Shown: piece after piece, positions 55,031 to 64,000 of the stretch
Layout of the letters: every line of letters begins with the position of its first letter
How positions within the stretch are numbered: the stretch's first letter is position 1
NCBI GenBank assembly: GCA_032250835.1
Contig: JAVVEA010000003.1
Coordinates: 185,458-249,457 of the forward strand
Source: a bacterium
GTDB taxonomy: Bacteria > SAR324 > XYD2-FULL-50-16
Direction: 5' to 3'
DNA: 64,000 nt
Notes under the pieces: model-generated
What the model was told of the DNA's origin: nothing
The model's input: the letters and a program-made list of their open reading frames with translations, nothing else
Database searches by the model: none
Translations under genes and position numbers: made by a program

Positions 55031-56463
55031 TGATCCCTTTAACCCCCCAAGTGGCCGCACAGATTACCGGAGGCCGCTGGTTAAGAGTCCCCAAAGATTT
55101 TGAGCAACCCTTGGTTGGCGCCGCCTTCGACAGCCGTCGGATTGGTTCAGAACAAATCTTTTTTGCGCTGAATCAAGGGGGGGTGGACGGCAGTCGTTTT
55201 ATCGACCAGCTACCGCCGACCCAAATTGAACTGGCGGTGGTGCAACAGGAGGTTCCTGCGCCCGAAGGTTTGGCGGTCTTATGGGTGCCCGACAGCCTCA
55301 AGGCACTGCACCAACTGGCTCGATGGCGGGCTGAACATTTTGGAGGTAAGATCCTCTCGCTGACCGGCTCTAGCGGCAAGACGACCACCAAAACTTGGCT
55401 GCGCCATTGCCTAGAGCCTCATCTGGCGGTTCAGTCGAACCCCGGCAGTTTCAATAACCATATCGGCTGTCCGGTCACGGTCTTGAGCCTTAAGCCTGAG
55501 ACGGAGTTGCTGATTCTGGAGATGGGCACCTCGGGGGTCGGCGAGTTGGAGTTGTTGTGCGGCATCGCCCCGGCGGACGTGACCTTGCTGCTCAATGTGG
55601 GCCATGCCCATTTGGGCAAGTTCGGCAGCGCCGAAGCCCTCTTGGAAGCTAAATTGGAAATATTTAAACACCAACGCCTCGGCGGGCAGGCCATCGTCCC
55701 CGGCTGGGACCAGCGGATACAGGGCAGGCTCCCGAGCGGAGCCTGGACCTTTGGGCCCGGTTCGCCGCGCTTTGCCCGGCGCTTGGAGGCGGTAGGGCCC
55801 TTGGGTCAGCGTTTTGAATTGAGCGGGCCTTCGGGCTCGGTCCAGGTCGAGGTGCCCCACCCCGGAGACTATGTGGGGGACTTGTTGGCGGCAGTTTATG
55901 CGGTATTTGAGGCCCTGGAGCTGCCGGTGGAAACGCTGGCCGATTGCTGTTCCAGCCTGCCCCAAGAACGGGGCCGTAGCACGCTGGTCTGTGGGGCGCT
56001 GGGCGAACAACTGCTGGACGATAGCTACAACGCCAACCCCGAATCAGTGGTCAACATGTTGCAAACCCTAACGAGCCTAAAAGCGGATCGGTATATTGGG
56101 GTCGTGGGGAATCTGGCGGAGATGGACGAGGGCTTACAACAGAGCGGTGAGGTGATCTTGCGGGGCCTGCCTCCTAAATTGACCCACTTGTTTTTAGGCG
56201 GCCAATCGGGCCAAGACTTAGCCCCCGCGATCCGCCAAGCCCGCCCGGACCTGGAATTACATCTCTTTGAGCAGCCCTTGGAGCTGTTGCCTCTATTGGC
56301 ACCGTTACGTGGCCCCGGTGCCGTGATCGGCATTAAGGGTTCGCGCAGCGCCCATATGGAACGACTTACCTGGGCCCTGAGTGGTCAAGACGCTGCCTGC
56401 CCCTTGCCTCGCTGCGGCCTGCTGCTCAACTGCGCCGACTGCCCCCAACTCAACGCCCATTAG
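55027..56463 (+). CDS. murF: UDP-MurNAc-tripeptide--D-Ala-D-Ala ligase with C-terminal Cys cluster
   Basis: DSR, LTGSSGKTTTK, SFNNHIG.P, LEMG, NVG.AH, DDSYNANPES, KGSR. Confidence 0.9.
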   Translation: MMIPLTPQVAAQITGGRWLRVPKDFEQPLVGAAFDSRRIGSEQIFFALNQGGVDGSRFIDQLPPTQIELAVVQQEVPAPEGLAVLWVPDSLKALHQLARWRAEHFGGKILSLTGSSGKTTTKTWLRHCLEPHLAVQSNPGSFNNHIGCPVTVLSLKPETELLILEMGTSGVGELELLCGIAPADVTLLLNVGHAHLGKFGSAEALLEAKLEIFKHQRLGGQAIVPGWDQRIQGRLPSGAWTFGPGSPRFARRLEAVGPLGQRFELSGPSGSVQVEVPHPGDYVGDLLAAVYAVFEALELPVETLADCCSSLPQERGRSTLVCGALGEQLLDDSYNANPESVVNMLQTLTSLKADRYIGVVGNLAEMDEGLQQSGEVILRGLPPKLTHLFLGGQSGQDLAPAIRQARPDLELHLFEQPLELLPLLAPLRGPGAVIGIKGSRSAHMERLTWALSGQDAACPLPRCGLLLNCADCPQLNAH

Positions 56464-59096
56464 AGTTCTTCGATCCCTTCGGTCGGGGCCGCGCCATAGG
56501 GGCTACCCGGCGGGGTGGCGACTGGCGGTGGCGCTAGGGACGGGCTGCTGTCCTGGTCGGCGTTGAGGTCCGCTTCTTCGGGCGGGGCCTCGTCGCTGGG
56601 TGCCTCGGAATCACCCTGGTCTTCAGGGGTGCTGTAGTAGTCCGTTAAGCCAGTGTCGGCGTCTTGGTGGCAGTGGATCGGTTGGGTGCCACCTTTAAAG
56701 AATTCAAACTCCGCTTTGGGATGTTCGTCGCAGTCCAGTAGCCCCGAATCGGGCACAATTTTGACCATCTGGATTCCGTTGGGCTGGCTAAAAGGCAGTA
56801 CCGGAAGGGTCTTGAGGCTAGCGGTCATGAAGTCTACCCAGATAGGTGCGGCGGCGCGAGAGCCGGTCTCTAGGTTGCCCAAGCTTTTTTGGGTGTCGTC
56901 AAAGCCCACATAGACGCCCGCCAAAAGCTGGGGCGCAAAGCCCATGAACCAAGCGTCGGTATAATTGTTGGTGGTGCCCGTCTTCCCGGCGACCGGACGC
57001 CCCAGAGCTTGAGCTCTAAAGCCTGAGCCCCGCTTGACGACGTCTTGCAGGGTCAAGGTGGTCAAGAAGGCGGTCTCGCTGTTTAACACGGCCTGCTCAC
57101 GGTAACTTTCTTGGTTGAGCAAAACCTTTCCCTCTGGGGTTTCGATGCGCCGCACAAAGCGCGGCTCGATCAGCTTGCCCCCGTTGGCGAAGACCGCATA
57201 GGTCCGAGCCAATTCTTTGAGGGTCACTGAAGCGGTGCCCAGCCCGAGGGTCAGGTCTTCGGGCAATTCGGCGGTAATGCCCAGTTTGCGGGCGTGGGCA
57301 ATGATCTTGTCAATGCCCAGCGACATGGTCAGGCGGATGGTGGGTACATTTTTGCTGTGGGCCAACGCATTTTTCAGCGAAATCTTTCCTTTAAAGCTCT
57401 TAGAGAAGTTGCCGGGCCGCCACTGGGTGTCTTTAAAGACCAGCGGCGTGTCGTCTAACATGCTCGCACGGGTGAAGCTGCCGTCCAAGGCCAAGGAATA
57501 GACGATGGGCTTAAAGGCCGAGCCGGGCTGGCGTTGTGCCTGGATGGCCCGGTTATACTCGCTGCCCGCAAAATCAAATCCGCCAGACATGGCGTATACT
57601 TCGTTGTTGCGAGGGTCCATGGCCAGGATGGCCCCGTTGGCTTCAGGCGTTTGGGTCAGCTTAAGTGCAAAACCCTGGTTTTCGCCTTGGTGGTCTTCTA
57701 GAGTCACCTCAACCAAGTCGCCTTCCTTTAATATGTCGCGCAGGTCCCGGAGCCGGGTCCGCCAATTAAGCGAAGTTTGATAATCGACGGGCCGCGCCCA
57801 GCGGTGGTCCTCTAGATAGATATGGCCCTCCTGCTGGCCGAGATCGACCAGCGCCCGGTTAGGGCCCACTTCGCGCACCACGCCCACTGCATGGCCACCC
57901 AAGAGGAAGTGGTTTTCGAGGGTGGCATCTTCGATCTTGGCTTCGAAGGTTTCCTTAAGCTGTTTGCGGCTGTCTTCTTCGATAGACTTCCAGACTGACG
58001 CCACCCGGCCCGTTTGTTCGTCAAAAAAGCGATCATCTAGGTTGGCTTCGTCGCCCACTTCGCGCCAAAGGTTGCGTAGTGCCCCCCGGTATCCTTGGCG
58101 GTGGTCGTGATCATAAAGCCCTTTGGCTAGGGATTGTTGCGCGGCGATCTGCATCTTGAGGTCCATGAAGGTATAAATCTTCATGCCCCCGGTGTACAAC
58201 ATATCCATCCCGTAAAGGTCCAAGACCATCCGGCGGATGTGTTCGGTATAATAGCTGGCCTCGTTGCTGTCTTCGCTCTTGCCGAGTTTGAGCACAATGG
58301 GCTTTTCCTGGGCTTCTTTGGCTTGCTCTTCGGTGATGTAGCCCTGGTAAGCCATAGCTCCCAAAACTAAATTCCGCCGTCTAACGGCGTTTTTCATGCT
58401 CGCTGTCGGAGCCCAGCGGCTTGGAGCCTGCGGCAGACCGGCCAAGAGGGCGGCTTCTTCAAGTTCCAGTTCCCTTGCGGACTTGCTGAAATATCCCTGG
58501 GCCGCCGCTTCAATGCCATAGGCCCCGTGGCCGAAGTAGGCTTTATTGAGGTAAAGTTCCAGGATTTGGTTTTTGGTGAACCGGCTTTCGATTTGTACGG
58601 CCAGCAATAATTCACGGACCTTGCGGATGATTTTCTTTTCTGATGAAAGCAAAAACATCTTGGCGGTCTGTTGGGTCAGCGTCGAGGCTCCCTGGGCAAA
58701 GTCCATCTTGATCACGTCGATGACCACCGCCTTGGCGATGCGGATCAGGTCAATGCCGTAATGGGAATAAAACCGGCTGTCTTCAATAGACAGCAGGGCC
58801 TGGGTCATCACCGGCGGGACTTCGTCATAGGGGATCAAGACCCTCCGTTTGGTGTAAAATTCGGTCACCAAACGGCCATTGCGGTCGTAGACCTGAGTGG
58901 GGAGGTCGTACTTGGGCTTTTCCAGTTCGCTTAAGTTGGGCAGCGATAAAGACAGGTACAACAAAAAGACCAGCAACAACGAACCCCCCAGGATGGCCAA
59001 ATAAACCAACCGCACGACCCAACGGACCAAAAGCGGGTGGCGGGATTCAAGCCGGACCAAGAGGTCCGGGCGGATGGGTAGATTCGAATAAGCCAT
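56460..59096 (-). CDS. mrcA: Penicillin-binding protein 1A
   Basis: EDSRFYSH.G, GASTLTQQ, RKVRE (transglycosylase); SAFK, SKN, KTG (transpeptidase). Confidence 0.93.
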   Translation of the reverse strand: MAYSNLPIRPDLLVRLESRHPLLVRWVVRLVYLAILGGSLLLVFLLYLSLSLPNLSELEKPKYDLPTQVYDRNGRLVTEFYTKRRVLIPYDEVPPVMTQALLSIEDSRFYSHYGIDLIRIAKAVVIDVIKMDFAQGASTLTQQTAKMFLLSSEKKIIRKVRELLLAVQIESRFTKNQILELYLNKAYFGHGAYGIEAAAQGYFSKSARELELEEAALLAGLPQAPSRWAPTASMKNAVRRRNLVLGAMAYQGYITEEQAKEAQEKPIVLKLGKSEDSNEASYYTEHIRRMVLDLYGMDMLYTGGMKIYTFMDLKMQIAAQQSLAKGLYDHDHRQGYRGALRNLWREVGDEANLDDRFFDEQTGRVASVWKSIEEDSRKQLKETFEAKIEDATLENHFLLGGHAVGVVREVGPNRALVDLGQQEGHIYLEDHRWARPVDYQTSLNWRTRLRDLRDILKEGDLVEVTLEDHQGENQGFALKLTQTPEANGAILAMDPRNNEVYAMSGGFDFAGSEYNRAIQAQRQPGSAFKPIVYSLALDGSFTRASMLDDTPLVFKDTQWRPGNFSKSFKGKISLKNALAHSKNVPTIRLTMSLGIDKIIAHARKLGITAELPEDLTLGLGTASVTLKELARTYAVFANGGKLIEPRFVRRIETPEGKVLLNQESYREQAVLNSETAFLTTLTLQDVVKRGSGFRAQALGRPVAGKTGTTNNYTDAWFMGFAPQLLAGVYVGFDDTQKSLGNLETGSRAAAPIWVDFMTASLKTLPVLPFSQPNGIQMVKIVPDSGLLDCDEHPKAEFEFFKGGTQPIHCHQDADTGLTDYYSTPEDQGDSEAPSDEAPPEEADLNADQDSSPSLAPPPVATPPGSPYGAAPTEGIEEL

Positions 59097-59098
59097 GC

Positions 59099-60172
59099 TT
59101 AAAGCAGGTATAGATGGTTTTTATGGACCACCACCGCTCCTTGCGGTTTGGTGGAGACCAACTCTTTGGTGGTCTTGCTGTCTGCTTGGGCCAGACCGAC
59201 GCCAATACGGATTCCAGCGGTATTTTGGATCATCAGCACCGCCTTCTTTTCAAAGTCCCCTTCGACTGAAGCCACGCCCACGGCGAGCAGGCTCTTGTTT
59301 TGGCGCAGCGCTTTCTCGGCCCCGGCATCGACCACTAAACGGCCCATAGTTTCGGCGTGGTGCAACATCCAGCCGCCCTTGGGCCCTGGACCGCGCTTGT
59401 CTTGGGGTAAGAAGAGGGTACCGATCTTTTCGCCCCGTACCGCTTTGAGCAGATTGCCCGGTTCTTTGCCACTGGTGACGATGGTGCGGATGCCCTGGCG
59501 CATGGCCAAATCGGCTGCCTTCAGCTTGCTGAGCATGCCTCCGGTGCCGCCCGAAGACAGTGAATCTTGGCAATATTCCACTAATTCTGGGCTGATTTCT
59601 TTTACTTCTTCGATCAACACAGCCTTGGGGTCTTGGCCCGGATCGCCGGTGTAAAATCCCTGGATTACACTCAGGACCACCAATAGGTCCACCTGCAACA
59701 TAGCAGCGGTCAGCGCCGCCAGTTGGTCGTTGTCCGAAAAGGTGGTTTCCTCAAAGCTAACCACATCGTTTTCGTTGATGATCGGCAGGATGTCGTTGCG
59801 TAGTAGGCCTTCTAAGGTAGATAAAATGTTCTGGTGCGCTGCGGGGTGTTTGAAGTCGTAGCGGGTGATCAATGCCTGGGCGGGTAAGACGCCTTGCTCT
59901 TTAAAAAAGTCGGAATATACCTGAAACAAACGCCCCTGACCGATGGCGGCGAGCATTTGTTTTTTGACCACCGGGTCCTTCTCTTTGGCGAAGTCGTTAA
60001 ATTCCTGCCCAGCGCCACAGGCCCCGGAACTGACCAAGATCACCTCGGCATCTTGGCGGATTTCGCAGATCTGCAGAACCAAGTCGGAGATTTGGTTGTA
60101 GTCGAGTCGGCCATCTTTGCGGGTGAGGACGTTGGTGCCTACCTTAACCAAAATGCGCTTTTTTTCTTTCAA
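59099..60172 (-). CDS. proB: Glutamate 5-kinase
   Basis: VKVGT, VSSGA, PIINEND, DND, GTGGM.SK; PUA domain. Confidence 0.96.
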   Translation of the reverse strand: MKEKKRILVKVGTNVLTRKDGRLDYNQISDLVLQICEIRQDAEVILVSSGACGAGQEFNDFAKEKDPVVKKQMLAAIGQGRLFQVYSDFFKEQGVLPAQALITRYDFKHPAAHQNILSTLEGLLRNDILPIINENDVVSFEETTFSDNDQLAALTAAMLQVDLLVVLSVIQGFYTGDPGQDPKAVLIEEVKEISPELVEYCQDSLSSGGTGGMLSKLKAADLAMRQGIRTIVTSGKEPGNLLKAVRGEKIGTLFLPQDKRGPGPKGGWMLHHAETMGRLVVDAGAEKALRQNKSLLAVGVASVEGDFEKKAVLMIQNTAGIRIGVGLAQADSKTTKELVSTKPQGAVVVHKNHLYLL

Positions 60173-60804
60173 CGCTCGTCCTGCTGGGGCGGTTCGGGGT
60201 TTAAGTCTTGGTTCGCCGCCTCGGGTGCGGCCCAGGTTTCTGCTTCTGCTTCGGCCTCTAGGCTCTCGGGCGAAACCTGACGGTGTTCGGAAAGATCATA
60301 TTCTTCGGGCCGGGGCAGGTCCTTTAGGTCTTTGAGCCCGAAGGCCTCCAAAAAGCGGCGGCTGGTGCCGAATAACATGGGCCGCCCCGGTGCGTCGAGT
60401 TTGCCGGTGATACGGAGCAGGTCGCGTTCTAACAGACTCTTGACGGCATAAGAGGAGTCCACGCCCCGGATTTCTTCAATCGCCGCACGGGTGACCGGTT
60501 GTTTGTAGGCAATGATCGCCAGGGTTTCCATCAACCCCGGACTGAGCCGCACCTGCCGCACCGATTTGGACTGTAAGACCCATTCTTTATAGGCCATTCG
60601 GGTGCGCAACAAAAAGCCGCCGCCCACCTCGACCAACTCAAAGGCCCGGCCCTGTTGGTTGTATTCCTCTTGAAGCCGCGCTAGATGGCCGCGGACTTCG
60701 GATTTTTCTAGCTCCAATAACTTGGCGATTTCCGGCACACTCAACCCTTGACGGGAGCTGAATAACAGGGCTTCAACAATTTGAGTAGTTTGGGGCCGAT
60801 TCAT
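60169..60804 (-). CDS. scpB: SMC-Scp complex subunit ScpB
   Basis: VEALLF, ETLAIIAYKQPVTRA.IE.IRGV, PGRP..FGT...FL..FGL..L.DLP. Confidence 0.95.
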   Translation of the reverse strand: MNRPQTTQIVEALLFSSRQGLSVPEIAKLLELEKSEVRGHLARLQEEYNQQGRAFELVEVGGGFLLRTRMAYKEWVLQSKSVRQVRLSPGLMETLAIIAYKQPVTRAAIEEIRGVDSSYAVKSLLERDLLRITGKLDAPGRPMLFGTSRRFLEAFGLKDLKDLPRPEEYDLSEHRQVSPESLEAEAEAETWAAPEAANQDLNPEPPQQDER

Positions 60805-60951
60805 CAGGTATTTGGGGCCTGGGTTAAAGGTCCCTCCTTCTTAACAAATCCACAAGAACCCGTCCATAGCCGAGCACTGCCCTGGCATGGACAAGGGCAG
60901 GTGGTTGGTCTATGCTGGTTCTTTAAGCGACCCATACATTTTAGGAGCAAG

Positions 60952-61464
60952 ATGGAGTCAACCAGGGGCATCAATTTGCACCCCAGCGTCCGGATGGGCC
61001 AGAATGTGGTCACCACCGGCAATTTGTCGATCGGCGAGAACAGCTCCGTTTGGCATAATTGCACCCTGCGCGGGGACGTAGAGCCGATCACCATCGGCAA
61101 AAATTGCAACATCCAAGACAACACGGTCCTGCATGGCCAGTTGGGCAAACATGACGTCAAACTGGGCGACAACGTTTCGGTCGGTCATGGCTGCATCTTA
61201 CATGGCTGTGAATTGGCGGACCATAGCTTTGTGGGGATGGGGGCGATTGTGATGAACGGGGCTTACATCGGCTCTTATGTATTAGTCGCCGCTGGGTCCT
61301 TGGTGCCTGAGGGCAAGCGTTTTGAAGACCCCTATACTTTGGTGATGGGCCGGCCGGCCAAAGCGGTCCGAGCGCTGAACGAACGTGAAATTGCCATGAT
61401 CGAAGGCACCCCCCAGCGTTATTTGGACTATGCCCAACGTTGGCTCCCGCCTCAACCGGCTTGA
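60952..61464 (+). CDS. Gamma carbonic anhydrase-family (hexapeptide repeat) protein
   Basis: SSVW....LRGD, NIQDNTVLH, VGH..ILHGC, VGMGA, GRPAK..R; AGGAG RBS before ATG 60952. Confidence 0.92.
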   Translation: MESTRGINLHPSVRMGQNVVTTGNLSIGENSSVWHNCTLRGDVEPITIGKNCNIQDNTVLHGQLGKHDVKLGDNVSVGHGCILHGCELADHSFVGMGAIVMNGAYIGSYVLVAAGSLVPEGKRFEDPYTLVMGRPAKAVRALNEREIAMIEGTPQRYLDYAQRWLPPQPA

Positions 61465-61474
61465 GATAAAGCCC

Positions 61475-62446
61475 ATGCCCAAAGACGCCCAGTACGATCT
61501 ATATAAAAAACAAAAATCTACTGCCTTAAAGCCACTGCGCCACTGGGCCGAGTGGGTTTTATTGGCCAGTTTTAAGGGCTTTTGTTCGACCCTGTCGATA
61601 GGGACCAACCAGCGGATGGGGCGGGCTTTGGGGCGTTTGATCTATCGTTTTGCCAAGCGAGATTTAGGCGTCGGGCGTTACCAACTCTCCTTTGCACTGC
61701 CCGAGTTAGACGAAGACCAGCGCGAATCCTTGATGCTAGAATGCGCTGAAAATGTGGGCCAAACCCTCTTCGAGGCGTTGGCGATTGACCGCTTTGCTAA
61801 AGACCCGGACCGCTGGATTGAGCTTCAAGGGCGCGAGGTGGTCGAGTCAATCAAGGCCTCGGGCAGCGGGGCGTTGCTGCTCTTTGGGCACTTCGGCAAT
61901 TGGGAGTTGATCCCGGTGGTTTATCAGATGTTAGACATCCATGGTCTGGCCCCCGAGAGCCCCATTGGGGCCGAAAAGCTCGACCGGATGCTGGTGGCCA
62001 ACCGTACCAACGACCATTTTACCGTAATCCCCAGGGGTACCGGCAATTCGGCCAAAGAATTACTTAAAAGCTTCAAACACGGCGGTTTTTACCTAATGGC
62101 CATCGACCAAGACTTGGCGCGGGTTAAAAACCACTTTGTGGATTTCTTCGGAAAACCAGCGGCGACCGCCAAGGGGGCGGCGACCTTGGCCCAGAAATTT
62201 AAAGTCCCCGTTTTGAGCCTCTTTGGCCAGCGGTTGGCCGACGGACGGCACCTCTACCGAATTTGTTTGCTCGCTGAGCCGCCTTACCAAGGGGGTGAGG
62301 AAGAAAACCTCAGGTTGACCCAAAGTTTTTCCTCGGCCTACGAAGCCCATATCCGGACATCGCCCGGCCAATGGGTCTGGTTCCACCGCCGCTGGAAGAC
62401 CCGCCCCGAAGACCCTGTGTCCGATTCGAGCGAGGAATTGCCATGA
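61475..62446 (+). CDS. lpxL: Lipid A biosynthesis acyltransferase (LpxL/HtrB family)
   Basis: HFGNWE, DQD, FFG..A, PGQWVWFHRRWKT. Confidence 0.85.
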   Translation: MPKDAQYDLYKKQKSTALKPLRHWAEWVLLASFKGFCSTLSIGTNQRMGRALGRLIYRFAKRDLGVGRYQLSFALPELDEDQRESLMLECAENVGQTLFEALAIDRFAKDPDRWIELQGREVVESIKASGSGALLLFGHFGNWELIPVVYQMLDIHGLAPESPIGAEKLDRMLVANRTNDHFTVIPRGTGNSAKELLKSFKHGGFYLMAIDQDLARVKNHFVDFFGKPAATAKGAATLAQKFKVPVLSLFGQRLADGRHLYRICLLAEPPYQGGEEENLRLTQSFSSAYEAHIRTSPGQWVWFHRRWKTRPEDPVSDSSEELP

Positions 62447-62976
62447 ACCGGGTGGTCGTCATAGGTCTAGCCTTAGGCTTCTTGGTGGGCCTAGCCTTGT
62501 TTTTGGTGGAGCCCGAAGTGCCGGAACGCGCAGAGGACCCGTCGGGGCCCGAGCCGGCGGTTTTGAGCCAGATTGAGATCAAAGACTATGACCAATCGCG
62601 CCTTAAATTGCGGGTCTATGCCGCGCGGGCCGAGGTTTTTGAAGAAACCGAAGTGACCCGTTTGACCCAGGTGCATGGCATCCTTTTACCAGAAAAGCTT
62701 GGGGGCGAGTCCACCCGCTTTAAAGCCGCCTTCGGTAAACTAGAAGGCAAGACTAAACGGGTCACCTTGACTGGAGATATCCGCATCGAGTTACCCCGTG
62801 GCCGGGTGATCCTGACCCAGATTTTATATTTCGACCAGGAAAAGGAACTGCTTTGGGGGGATCAGCCCCTGCGGATGCTGGGCCCTGGGGATCAGGTGGA
62901 CGCTGCGGGCTTGACCTACCAGCTCAAAGATGCCTTTTTGACGCTCGATCAGCCAGCGGTAGAGGTGGAGTTATGA
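62443..62976 (+). CDS. lptC: LPS export ABC transporter periplasmic protein LptC
   Basis: One N-terminal TM, beta-jellyroll pattern (L.G.I.I...T..L.FD); ATGA overlap with lpxL; precedes lptA. Confidence 0.7.
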   Translation: MNRVVVIGLALGFLVGLALFLVEPEVPERAEDPSGPEPAVLSQIEIKDYDQSRLKLRVYAARAEVFEETEVTRLTQVHGILLPEKLGGESTRFKAAFGKLEGKTKRVTLTGDIRIELPRGRVILTQILYFDQEKELLWGDQPLRMLGPGDQVDAAGLTYQLKDAFLTLDQPAVEVEL

Positions 62977-63836
62977 AAGCTTGGCTTTGCCTCATTTGTT
63001 TGCTTTTGCCGCTGCCTGCTGTGGCCCAATCCAAGGCCAGTCTGGTGGGTATCCAGATGTTGGTGGATAAGGAAAAGGGGCACATGACGGTGATCGGGGA
63101 GGTGGTGGTGCGCCAGGAGGCCCGCGAGATGGTCTTAACGGCCGACCGACTGGAACTGGAGCGTGACACCATCAGCGACGAGATCACCTTTGCTAAGGCC
63201 AGCGGTTCGGTGGTGGTCCACCAGAAAGACGGCTTCGCCCAGTTCGACCAAGGCCAATTTGACCGGAATTTAAATCTGGTGCTGGCTGAAGGAAACTTGG
63301 TGCTAGGCGACCAGCAGACCCGAGTGACCGGGCACCGCGCCCGCTACGACTTGGACCGTAAAACCGCCCAGGTCACCCCTCTGCCCGGTGCACAGGTGCA
63401 CTTTGAGCTACAAAAAAAGTCTCAGCTCAACCCGGGCGAGTATTCGCAGGTTAAGGGACAGGCAAGCGAGATCTTACTGTTTGAGGCCGTACGCAAAGCG
63501 GTCTTGCAAGGGGCGGTGGCTTTAAGGGACGAGGAGGAAATGGCCGATTTGAGCGCTCAGCGGTTGGTGCTCTTTTTGGACCAAAACGACGAACTTGAGG
63601 AAATCACCGCCTCTGGCGGATTCCGGATGGCCCAACCGGGGCGTAAGTCCAAGTCGGACCGAGCGGTGCTGGATTACCGCAAGCGGATTGTGACTCTTTT
63701 GGGTAATGCTGAGGTCTCTCAGGTGGACGAAGGCCGGGTGGAGGGAGACCGGATCGAGATGTATATGGATGTAGACAAGGGTCTGGTCCAGGGTAAGCAC
63801 CGCCAGCCGGTGCGGATTGAAATCCCGCTCAACTGA
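62973..63836 (+). CDS. lptA: LptA/OstA-family protein with tandem OstA domains
   Basis: Signal peptide; two OstA-like repeats (G.V.V.Q..LTADRL...A.G.V / GAV.L...L.AQRL...A.G). Confidence 0.75.
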   Translation: MKAWLCLICLLLPLPAVAQSKASLVGIQMLVDKEKGHMTVIGEVVVRQEAREMVLTADRLELERDTISDEITFAKASGSVVVHQKDGFAQFDQGQFDRNLNLVLAEGNLVLGDQQTRVTGHRARYDLDRKTAQVTPLPGAQVHFELQKKSQLNPGEYSQVKGQASEILLFEAVRKAVLQGAVALRDEEEMADLSAQRLVLFLDQNDELEEITASGGFRMAQPGRKSKSDRAVLDYRKRIVTLLGNAEVSQVDEGRVEGDRIEMYMDVDKGLVQGKHRQPVRIEIPLN

Positions 63837-64000
63837 TGTCGTTCTGTCAATCGCCCGCCGAGGCCCGCGAACTGATCCGCCTTTGGAAGGCCCAGTTGCT
63901 GGTCGAGGAAGCACTAGGCCAGAGCTTGCTGCCCGTGCGGCCCGAGGTGGCCCGGTTGGAAGGGCGCAATTACTTTAAGTTGGGCTTGGGCGAGGAGGCC
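63836..64000 (+). CDS. Hypothetical protein, N-terminal part (runs off window)
   Basis: TGATG coupling to lptA; open frame MSFCQSPAEARELIRLWKAQLLVEEALGQSLLPVRPEVARLEGRNYFKLGLGEEA. Confidence 0.55.
   Translation, partial: MSFCQSPAEARELIRLWKAQLLVEEALGQSLLPVRPEVARLEGRNYFKLGLGEEA

Noticed and set aside
1-64000. CRISPR arrays, tRNA/rRNA genes, transposases, and the many short overlapping antisense ORFs in the track
   Set aside because: No regularly spaced repeats, cloverleafs or transposase motifs were seen. The short ORFs overlap well-supported genes and are typical GC-rich shadow frames.

Overview
Bacterial chromosomal window, roughly 55-60% GC by eye, densely coding with about 65 CDS. The gene content (FliM/FliN, c-type cytochromes, TRAP/TAXI, LptAC, LpxL, SMC-ScpB) fits a motile Gram-negative, deltaproteobacteria/SAR324-like organism; the taxonomy is inference only. 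Most of the window is housekeeping (rsmG, metF, mgsA, dsbD, yacG, ilvE, pilD, pgm, dxs, cmk, dinB, murF, mrcA, proB, scpB, lpxL, lptC, lptA). I found no tRNA, rRNA, CRISPR array or transposase. The most interesting parts are: (1) a 0-4.7 kb stress island with an ECF sigma/NrsF-type anti-sigma pair, two readable GTAAC(C/T)-N16-CGAA promoters (one before an ArsS-type radical SAM-DUF547 operon, one pointing at a NemR-like TetR-peroxiredoxin operon) and two TetR operators; (2) an orphan FliM-like/FliN-like pair, where FliM lacks the CheY-binding peptide and FliN has a ~480-aa hyper-acidic extension; (3) a stand-alone, AT-richer 1446-aa STAND/NACHT-like ATPase with a C-terminal PD-(D/E)xK nuclease, a candidate antiphage gene with inverted architecture; (4) a 350-bp highly structured intergenic region (REP/REPIN-like or ncRNA); (5) a PHP-cytoplasmic nucleotidase-Sm-like operon; and (6) an unannotated 32-aa membrane protein and a gene split by an in-frame stop. 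All product calls come from motif recognition by eye; no searches were run.
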